This document shows positions 56,975 through 64,000 of a DNA stretch of 64,000 bases, one piece after another. The stretch comes from Candidatus Fimihabitans intestinipullorum (GTDB lineage: Bacteria; Bacillota_I; Bacilli_A; RF39; UBA660), in contig DVML01000012.1 in NCBI GenBank assembly GCA_018714965.1, forward strand, positions 20,830 to 84,829, read 5' to 3'. Each line of letters opens with the position of its first letter. The stretch's first letter is position 1. The translations under genes and the position numbers were made by a program. The notes under the pieces are model-generated. The model had not been told where the DNA came from and made no database searches. It saw nothing but the letters and a program-made list of their open reading frames with translations.

Positions 56975-57586
56975 ATGAAAAGAAAGAACTTAGAAGAATT
57001 AAAAGAGCTACTAATTGTTGTAGACATGGTAAATGGATTTGCTAAGGAAGGAGTGATGGCAGATCCTAACATTATGAAAATCGTTCCGGAGATAGAAAGA
57101 CTAATTTCAATATTTCAGGAAGAAGGAAAAGAAATTTCATTTATTAAAGATACACATGATTTAGGATGCAAAGAATTTGATCGTTATCCAGAGCATTGTG
57201 TAAAAGGAACGAAGGAAGCTGAGCTGGTGGACGAATTAAAACCATATGAGCTAGATCATCTAGTTTATGAAAAAAATTCGACAAGCGCGATCTATGCGAG
57301 AAATTTTCAGAGAGATATCGATCTTATGAAAAATTTAAAAGAGGTTGTCATTACGGGATGTTGTACTGATATTTGTGTACTCAATTTGGCAATTCCATTG
57401 CAAAATTATTTTGACGAACAAAATAGACGCGTCGATATTATTGTTCCACAAAATACAGTTGAGACTTACGATAGTCCACAACATCAGAAAGATGAATATA
57501 ACAAGATGGCATTTTCACTGATGGAACAGGCTGGAATTCAATTGGTAAAAAAATATAAGGGAGGAAAAAAATATGAAAAAAAATAA
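56975..57586 (+). CDS. pncA: Isochorismatase-family cysteine hydrolase, nicotinamidase (PncA)-like
   Basis: 'LIVVDMVNGF' (Asp), 'EKNSTSA' (Lys) and 'ITGCCTDICV' (Cys) form the catalytic triad pattern. It lies immediately upstream of pncB. Confidence 0.7.
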   Translation: MKRKNLEELKELLIVVDMVNGFAKEGVMADPNIMKIVPEIERLISIFQEEGKEISFIKDTHDLGCKEFDRYPEHCVKGTKEAELVDELKPYELDHLVYEKNSTSAIYARNFQRDIDLMKNLKEVVITGCCTDICVLNLAIPLQNYFDEQNRRVDIIVPQNTVETYDSPQHQKDEYNKMAFSLMEQAGIQLVKKYKGGKKYEKK

Positions 57587-59030
57587 AAAGTTTGATATTA
57601 TGGAGACTGATTTTTATGAATTTACGATGTCTCAAGCATATTTTAACGAAGGGAAAAAAGATGAAATTGTCTACTTTGATGGATTCTTTCGAAAGATTCC
57701 ATTTGATCATGGATATGCCGTTATGGCTGGAGGAGATGAAGTGATTGAATTTATTCGTAACATTCATTTTACTGAGGAAGATATCGCTTATTTAAGAAGT
57801 TTAAATAAGTTTACAGAACCATTTTTAGAATATTTAAAGAATTTTAAATTTACAGGAGACATTGATTTGATCCCAGATGGAACACCTGTTTTTGGGAACG
57901 AACCGATTGTGACAGTAAAAGCTCCTATCATAGAGGCACAATTGATTGAAACACAGTTGTTAGCAATCTTAAATAGCAATATTAAGTTTGCAACAGCTTC
58001 TAAACGTTTGTTAATGGAAGCGGGAGACATTCCAGTAATGGAATTTGGTGCTCGTCGTAGCGATCAACCAACGCGTGCTACGAAGTGTGGATACTTAGCT
58101 GGAAGTTGTGGAACTTCCAATACAAAATTAGGACGTGACTTAGGAATTCCTGTGTTGGGAACGATGGCACATAGTATGGTGACAGAAGCAGAGAGTGAGT
58201 ATGATGCATTTTTGAGTTATGCAAAAACGTATCCAGAAAATACAGTATTACTCGTGGATACTTACGATACTTTGAAAAGTGGGATACCGAATGCAATTCA
58301 AGTAGCAAAAGATTATCTAATTCCAAATGGATATCGACTATCAGGAATTCGTATCGATAGTGGGGATTTAGCTTATACTGCAAAGATGGCTCGCCGTATG
58401 TTGGATGAAGCAGGTATGGAAGATGCAAAGATTTGTGTATCGAATGGCTTAACAGCAGAAGCTCTTCGTGATTTAAAATTACAGGGAGCGCCAATCGATA
58501 GCATTGGTGCAGGAGATAATATGTGTGCTCCAAAAGAACGAGTAGGAGTCGTCTATAAACTTGTGGGAGTTGTAAAGAATGGTGAGATTGTCCACAAAAT
58601 CAAAGTGAGTGACGATCCAGCAAAGACAATTCAACCGGGATATAAAAAAGTATATCGTATTTACGATCAAGCGACGAATAAAGCATTAGGAGATGTGTTA
58701 GCGCTTTACAATGAGGTTTTAAAAGAAGATGAATTTACACTGATCGATATCGAGAACGAATACAATACGAAGACGATTCATAATTATCGCATTCGTAATT
58801 TACAAGAGAAGATCTTTGAAAGTGGAAATTTAATCTATCAAGAACCAACGATGGAGGAAAAAAGAGAATACTGTAAGCGAGAAATGGAAACCCTATATGA
58901 TGAACACAAACGCTTGTTAAAGCCTGCAAAATACTATATCGATGGTACAAAAGAACTATTGAAATTAAAAAGAGAATTGATTTTAGCAAGCAAACAAAAA
59001 GGATATGAAAAGAGGATAGGGAAAAAGTGA
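57573..59030 (+). CDS. pncB: Nicotinate phosphoribosyltransferase
   Basis: 485 aa. 'METDFYEFTMSQAYF', 'EFGARR', 'GTMAHS' and 'IRIDSGDL' are typical of the NAPRTase family. Confidence 0.85.
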   Translation: MKKNKKFDIMETDFYEFTMSQAYFNEGKKDEIVYFDGFFRKIPFDHGYAVMAGGDEVIEFIRNIHFTEEDIAYLRSLNKFTEPFLEYLKNFKFTGDIDLIPDGTPVFGNEPIVTVKAPIIEAQLIETQLLAILNSNIKFATASKRLLMEAGDIPVMEFGARRSDQPTRATKCGYLAGSCGTSNTKLGRDLGIPVLGTMAHSMVTEAESEYDAFLSYAKTYPENTVLLVDTYDTLKSGIPNAIQVAKDYLIPNGYRLSGIRIDSGDLAYTAKMARRMLDEAGMEDAKICVSNGLTAEALRDLKLQGAPIDSIGAGDNMCAPKERVGVVYKLVGVVKNGEIVHKIKVSDDPAKTIQPGYKKVYRIYDQATNKALGDVLALYNEVLKEDEFTLIDIENEYNTKTIHNYRIRNLQEKIFESGNLIYQEPTMEEKREYCKREMETLYDEHKRLLKPAKYYIDGTKELLKLKRELILASKQKGYEKRIGKK

Positions 59031-59638
59031 TAAGAAAAGAAATATTAAAAGAATTAAGAACTTACATCGATGAATTTCAAATCGTAGAAAAAAGAAAAGT
59101 AGAACAACCTACAAGACATTTTATTACAGTAGACCAATATAGAATATTATTACAAGATGGGAATACTTTATATCGTGATAAAGTTGTCAAACAAGGAAGT
59201 TCTGGAAATGCGGTTGTAATTTTACCTATCACGAAAGAAAACAATGTGTTATTGGTAATTCAACCACGGGTATTTACAGAAAATGGAGTCGGAGTGGAAC
59301 TCCCTGCTGGATATGTAGAATTAGGGGAAAGTATAGAAGAAGCGAGTAAGAGAGAGCTGTTAGAAGAAACAGGATACCTTGCAAAGAACTATATTCCACT
59401 CGGTTCTTATTATCAAGATCAAGGATGTATGAGTGCTAAAAACCATAGTGTCCTTGCACTTGATGCTGAGAAAGTGAGTGTTCAACAATTAGATGATAGT
59501 GAATATATTCGCTATCTAGAATGTACTTATGAAGAGGCATTGGAACTTATTGATATGGGATATATCAATGATGCGAATTCAATCATTACTTTAGAAAAAT
59601 CGAAGAAACTAATAAGGAGGAGAAAAAATGAAATTTAA
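59027..59638 (+). CDS. Nudix hydrolase, ADP-ribose pyrophosphatase-like
   Basis: Intact Nudix box 'GYVELGESIEEASKRELLEETGY'. GTG start overlapping the pncB stop. Confidence 0.75.
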   Translation: MIRKEILKELRTYIDEFQIVEKRKVEQPTRHFITVDQYRILLQDGNTLYRDKVVKQGSSGNAVVILPITKENNVLLVIQPRVFTENGVGVELPAGYVELGESIEEASKRELLEETGYLAKNYIPLGSYYQDQGCMSAKNHSVLALDAEKVSVQQLDDSEYIRYLECTYEEALELIDMGYINDANSIITLEKSKKLIRRRKNEI

Positions 59639-60389
59639 TGTAGAACGAGAAGTAAATGGGGTGATTCAATTTATACGTGATTATTATAAAGAGAATCATT
59701 TGAAAGGAGCAATCCTTGGAATTAGTGGTGGAAAGGATAGTGGTGTTGTCGCTGGATTAATGGTAAAAGCATTAGGACCTGAAAATGTCATCGGTGTTAC
59801 TCTCCCTTGCCATTCGAAAGAAGAGGATAAACAAGATGCGATTTTAGTGAGTGAGACATACGGTTTTCCACTCATTAATCTTGATATTACACCAGCATAT
59901 GAAGCATTTCAAAGAGAAGTTCAGAAGTTAGGAAACTTTAGCGAAGAAGAAAAAGAAAATAGTGATATCAACTTGAAACCAAGATTACGTATGGCAAGTT
60001 TATATTATTTAGCTGCACTATATTCTTCTTTGAATGGTGGACCATATTTAGTTATTGGAACGAGTAATCGTTGTGAAATATATGTTGGATACTTTACAAA
60101 AGGTGGAGATAACGTCCATGATATTTCACCAATTGCCGATTTTACAGTAGATGAAGTGATTCAGATAGGAGAATATTTAAACGTTCCAGAGAAAGTATTA
60201 TATAAAACACCAGATGACGGATTATCAGGAAAGAGTGACGAAGAAAAATTAGGCGTTACTTATCGTGAGATCGCAATGTATATGGAAGATCCAGAAACTG
60301 TATCGAAATCTGCTAGAAATGTGATCGAACGTCATCATAGAAATAATCAACATAAGTTTAAAGTACCTACTTATCGAAAGGATGGATAA
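59628..60389 (+). CDS. nadE: NH3-dependent NAD+ synthetase
   Basis: PP-loop 'GISGGKDSGV', and 'GTSNRCEIYVGYFTKGGD'. Confidence 0.9.
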   Translation: MKFNVEREVNGVIQFIRDYYKENHLKGAILGISGGKDSGVVAGLMVKALGPENVIGVTLPCHSKEEDKQDAILVSETYGFPLINLDITPAYEAFQREVQKLGNFSEEEKENSDINLKPRLRMASLYYLAALYSSLNGGPYLVIGTSNRCEIYVGYFTKGGDNVHDISPIADFTVDEVIQIGEYLNVPEKVLYKTPDDGLSGKSDEEKLGVTYREIAMYMEDPETVSKSARNVIERHHRNNQHKFKVPTYRKDG

Positions 60390-61488
60390 TGTGAAAACAG
60401 ATCAATTAGGATTGATTGTACTTTCTAATATAGAGGAAGTAGGAAAAAAGACAAATGAATATTTAAAGATGAGTTATCGTGAAAATAAGGATTACATGAT
60501 TCCCATTTCCAATAGTAGGTTTTCAAATGGGGAGGGAAAAGTAAGATTAGAAGATTCTGTTCGTGATAAAGATCTATATATTTTATCCGATGTTGGAAAC
60601 TATAGTATGACATATATGATGCACGGAAATGAACATCATATATCACCCGATGAACATTTTCAAGATATCAAAAGGGTGATTGCAGCAACGAGTGGTCATG
60701 CGTCTCGCGTTACTGTCGTTATGCCTTTACTATATCAATCACGTCAACATAAAAGAAGTGGAATGGAATCACTCGATTGTGCGATCGCTTTGCAAGAGTT
60801 AGAAGCGATGGGAGTGGATCGCATTATTACGTTCGATTGTCATGATCCAAATGTATCGAATGCGATTCCTAGATTACCGTTTGAAAACTTCTATCCGACA
60901 CACACAATTTTAAAAAAGCTAATGCAAGAGGAGAGTGACCATTTGAATGATTTGCTCGTCGTAAGTCCTGATATGGGAGCTATGGAGCGTGCTCGTTATT
61001 ATGCTGAAATGATTGGTTGTGATGTGGGCGTATTTTATAAGAGAAGAGATTTATCTCGTGTCGTAAATGGTAAAAATCCAATTGTCGAACATGTTTATAT
61101 GGGAGCAGATGTGAAAGGCAAAGATATTTTAGTTGTAGACGATATGATCGCATCTGGTACTTCTATGATCGAAGTTGGAAAAAAGTTAAAAGAAAATGGT
61201 GCGAATCACGTATATTTTGTTGCGACGTTTGCTTTGTTTACCGAAGGAACTAATGTCTTTTCCGATGCTTATCAAGAAGGTATTTTTGACAAGTTATATG
61301 TAACGAATTTATCGTATGTTCCGGAATCTATCAAAGTGGAAAGCTGGTATCAAGATGTAGATTGTTCTTATCAGTTGAGTCAAATTATTCATACTTGTTA
61401 TGAAAGAAATTCTCTAGTCCCACTTTGGAATGGTAAAAAGGAGATCATCGATGAAATTCATAGAATGAAAGCATGCGTGAAAAACTAA
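60382..61488 (+). CDS. prs: Ribose-phosphate pyrophosphokinase (PRPP synthetase), long form
   Basis: 'VVMPLLYQSRQHKR', 'ITFDCHD', 'VVSPDMGAMERAR' and the PRPP loop 'ILVVDDMIASGTS'. At 368 aa it is longer than typical Prs. Confidence 0.8.
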   Translation: MDNVKTDQLGLIVLSNIEEVGKKTNEYLKMSYRENKDYMIPISNSRFSNGEGKVRLEDSVRDKDLYILSDVGNYSMTYMMHGNEHHISPDEHFQDIKRVIAATSGHASRVTVVMPLLYQSRQHKRSGMESLDCAIALQELEAMGVDRIITFDCHDPNVSNAIPRLPFENFYPTHTILKKLMQEESDHLNDLLVVSPDMGAMERARYYAEMIGCDVGVFYKRRDLSRVVNGKNPIVEHVYMGADVKGKDILVVDDMIASGTSMIEVGKKLKENGANHVYFVATFALFTEGTNVFSDAYQEGIFDKLYVTNLSYVPESIKVESWYQDVDCSYQLSQIIHTCYERNSLVPLWNGKKEIIDEIHRMKACVKN

Positions 61489-61500
61489 GGAGTGAGAAAA

Positions 61501-62088
61501 GTGAAAATCGGTATTTTTGGTGGTAGTTTTAATCCACCACATAAAAAACATTACGAAATCGCACGAGAATGTATCGAAAAAGGTTACTTAGATAGGGTAA
61601 TTTATGTTCCTACGGGAAGTCATTATAAATATAAAAATAATTTATTACGGGATCAATTACGATATGACATGCTTTCCTTGTTGATTCAAGATGATCATCG
61701 CATGGAAATAAGTGATTTCGAATTAAAAGAAAGAGTTGTCTATACTTATGAGACATTAGAATATATGAAAAAGAAGTATCCAAACGATGAAATTTACTTT
61801 ATTTGTGGAGCAGATAATTTAAGTTATATGGATGCTTGGAAGAATGGAATTTCTATTTTAGAACATACCAATTTATTAGTGATCAATAGAAACACAAACG
61901 ATATGAAGTCACTTTTAGAGAAGTTTTATAAGTATCGTGATCACATTACTGTCGTCGATATAGAACTAAGTGACATGTCATCTACGATGATTCGTGAAAA
62001 ATTAAAGAATCATGAGGATGTCAGTGATTATCTTTCTAAGCCGGTAGAAGATTATATTAAAAAACATCATTTGTATCATTGTAAGTAG
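61501..62088 (+). CDS. nadD: Nicotinate-nucleotide adenylyltransferase
   Basis: 'IGIFGGSFNPPHKKH' (the (H/T)xGH-type motif) and 'SSTMIREKL' (ISSTxxR). GTG start 8 nt after AAGGAG. The ORF extends to 61492. Confidence 0.85.
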   Translation: MKIGIFGGSFNPPHKKHYEIARECIEKGYLDRVIYVPTGSHYKYKNNLLRDQLRYDMLSLLIQDDHRMEISDFELKERVVYTYETLEYMKKKYPNDEIYFICGADNLSYMDAWKNGISILEHTNLLVINRNTNDMKSLLEKFYKYRDHITVVDIELSDMSSTMIREKLKNHEDVSDYLSKPVEDYIKKHHLYHCK

Positions 62089-62109
62089 TAGAGAGTAAGG
62101 TGTATAGTT

Positions 62110-62811
62110 ATGAAAATAAAAAAATTTATAAAAGATGAATTGAGTGGTTGGAATAATTGGGAAGTATCATGGTTAGTACTAGCTTGTTTGATTATTATTG
62201 GTTTAAGTATTTATTGGCAGGATACTGTGATGGGAATCATTAGTGCAACGACAGGAGTAGCTTGTGTTGTGCTGACTGGAAAAGGAAAATTATCGGCGTA
62301 TCTATTTGGACTTGTAAATTGTGTATTATATGCGATTATTTCTTATCAAGCGAAGTTGTATGGCGAGACTATGTTAAATGCACTATACTATGTTCCTATG
62401 CAATTTGTAGGATTTTACGTATGGCATAAACACATGGATCAAGAAAGCCATGAAGTAAAGAAAATACATATGAAAAATAGGACTAGGTTATGGTGGGCAT
62501 TGGCTATGATTACTGGTACGATCGGATATGGATTTCTTTTAAAAGCACTAGGGGATGCGATGCCTTTCGTCGATAGTTTTACTACAGTATCATCAGTTAT
62601 TGCTATGATTGTTTCAGTTAAAATGTATGCGGAGCAGTGGTGGATTTGGATATTAGTTGATATTTTTAGTGTCTATATGTGGTGGTGTCAATTTACAGTA
62701 GGAAGTGATAATTTAGCTACACTTCTCATGTGGATTGTCTACTTAGGAAACGCTATTATTATGTGTGCGAAATGGGAGAAGGAAGCTTTAAGGAATGGTG
62801 ATGCAAGATGA
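62110..62811 (+). CDS. pnuC: Nicotinamide riboside transporter PnuC
   Basis: 233 aa, about 7 TM helices, Trp-rich 'EQWWIWILVDIFSVYMWW' signature of the PnuC family. Confidence 0.8.
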   Translation: MKIKKFIKDELSGWNNWEVSWLVLACLIIIGLSIYWQDTVMGIISATTGVACVVLTGKGKLSAYLFGLVNCVLYAIISYQAKLYGETMLNALYYVPMQFVGFYVWHKHMDQESHEVKKIHMKNRTRLWWALAMITGTIGYGFLLKALGDAMPFVDSFTTVSSVIAMIVSVKMYAEQWWIWILVDIFSVYMWWCQFTVGSDNLATLLMWIVYLGNAIIMCAKWEKEALRNGDAR

Positions 62812-63845
62812 AATATAAAGTAGGAATGTATGGAGGATCTTTCGATCCTTTACATGTAGGTCATTTACACGATATCATTCGCGCTGCAAGTATGTGTGAA
62901 GAATTATATGTGATGATCAGTTGGTGTGAAGGAAGAGAGTCGACATCCAAAGAAATGAGATATCGTTGGATTTATCAAAATGTAAAGCATCTTAAACATG
63001 TTAAAATCCTCCTCGTTGAGGATAAAGCGGTCAGTAAAGAAGAATACAATACAGATTATTATTGGGAAAAGGGAGCTCAAGATATTAAGAGAATGATTGG
63101 AAAACCAATCGATGTAGTTTTTTGTGGATCCGATTATCTTGGAACGAATCGTTTTGAAAGTCTTTACTCTCCAGAGAGTGATGTCGTCTATTTTGATCGT
63201 AGTGAAGTTCCTATTAGTTCGACGGAATTACGATTTGACGTGTATCAAAATTGGCAGTATATTCCACCTGTTTGTAGACCTTATTATGCAAAAAAAGTTT
63301 TAATTGTAGGTGGAGAAAGTACAGGTAAGTCTACTTTGGTAGAGAATCTTGCGATCGCATATAATACGACATTCGTAAGAGAAATAGGAAGGGATACATG
63401 TGAATTTGCAGGTGGAGAAGAATTCATGAATCAGTATGATCTATATGAAAACCTTTTGCGGCAAAAAACAGAGGAAATACAGGCTTTGAAAGAATGTAAT
63501 CGTATTTTGTTTATAGATACCGATGCACTTACAACCAAATTTTATTCTCATTTTTTACTAGAAGATGAAAAAATTATTTGTAAATGCGATGAGTTGGCGG
63601 ATGCCATTACGAAGATAAATGAGTTTGATTTAGTTTTGTTTTTAGAACCAACGGTTACTTTTGTTCAAGACGGTACGAGAAGTGAAGAAATTTCGAATGA
63701 TAGAGAAAGATATAGTAATCAGATCAAATCATTGTTTCAAGAACATGGAATTCCGTTTGTAAGTTTAGATGGAGATTATCTAGAACGCTTTAATCAGGCA
63801 AAGGAATTGATCAAAGAAAAATTTAACATAGAAACAATCTGGTAA
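62808..63845 (+). CDS. nadR: NadR-like bifunctional NMN adenylyltransferase / ribosylnicotinamide kinase, without the N-terminal HTH domain
   Basis: N-terminal 'GMYGGSFDPLHVGH' nucleotidyltransferase motif and 'SSTELR'. The C-terminal half carries the P-loop 'VGGESTGKSTL'. It starts directly with the NMNAT domain. Confidence 0.8.
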   Translation: MKYKVGMYGGSFDPLHVGHLHDIIRAASMCEELYVMISWCEGRESTSKEMRYRWIYQNVKHLKHVKILLVEDKAVSKEEYNTDYYWEKGAQDIKRMIGKPIDVVFCGSDYLGTNRFESLYSPESDVVYFDRSEVPISSTELRFDVYQNWQYIPPVCRPYYAKKVLIVGGESTGKSTLVENLAIAYNTTFVREIGRDTCEFAGGEEFMNQYDLYENLLRQKTEEIQALKECNRILFIDTDALTTKFYSHFLLEDEKIICKCDELADAITKINEFDLVLFLEPTVTFVQDGTRSEEISNDRERYSNQIKSLFQEHGIPFVSLDGDYLERFNQAKELIKEKFNIETIW

Positions 63846-63921
63846 AATGATATCGTCGTATAGTACTTTTTTAAAAGTTATGTTATAATCAACTTATGAA
63901 AAAGATGAACGGAGGTATAGT

Positions 63922-64000
63922 ATGGAATATCGTTCGGAAGAAGAGTTTTTAAAACATTACGATTCGAGTCAATTTGAAAAGTTATCGATGACTGCTGATA
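63922..64000 (+). CDS. 5' end of a gene truncated by the window; N-terminus resembles Nudix-family (possibly NrtR-type) proteins
   Basis: GGAGG RBS and an extended -10 (TGtTATAAT, 63881-63889). 'MEYRSEEEFLKHYDSSQFEKLSMTAD' resembles, from memory, the 'EFL..YD...F..PS.T.D' start of NrtR-like Nudix regulators. Only 26 codons are visible. Confidence 0.3.
   Translation, partial: MEYRSEEEFLKHYDSSQFEKLSMTAD

Noticed and set aside
57438-58989. Minus-strand ORFs of 63-151 aa inside pncA/pncB (57438-57767, 57788-58030, 58078-58533, 58479-58670, 58735-58989).
   Set aside because: Shadow ORFs within a well-supported NAPRTase gene. The His/Leu/Tyr-rich translations have no recognisable fold or RBS.

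Overview
Visibly AT-rich chromosomal segment from an endospore-forming Firmicute: spo0A, an alpha/beta-type SASP gene with a forespore-type promoter, ezrA, and T-box regulation are all present. I cannot place it more precisely without a database search. Most of the window is housekeeping: the rimP-nusA-ylxR-infB-rbfA operon, T-box::deoC-tyrS, rpsD, ezrA, thiI, clpP, gap/pgk/tpiA, dusB, lysS, ackA and nrnA.

Three parts look accessory or unusual:
1. At the left edge, a thioester-domain (TQXA) surface adhesin lies next to its own sortase.
2. A roughly 15 kb block (about 31.0-46.5 kb) is built around a type VIIb-like secretion ATPase (EssC) and a YukD/EsaB ubiquitin-like protein. I cannot recognise EssA, EssB/YukC or EsaA/YueB in it.
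   - Upstream are three tandem DUF3592-type membrane genes, two of them broken exactly at poly-A tracts.
   - Downstream are a membrane-anchored HExxH protein, six small helical/WXG100-like proteins, a DUF4176-repeat fusion and large exported proteins.
3. An 8-gene NAD salvage supercluster (pncA-pncB-nudix-nadE-prs-nadD-pnuC-nadR-like) sits behind a promoter packed with repeated 10-11 bp motifs.

Two further oddities: about 80-120 bp of promoter plus leader sequence is shared between pgk and an unrelated exported-protein operon, and two membrane-glycolipid genes are inserted between pgk and tpiA. I found no rRNA, tRNA, CRISPR array, transposase or integrase. All calls come from reading the ORF translations and the DNA by eye; no searches were run.
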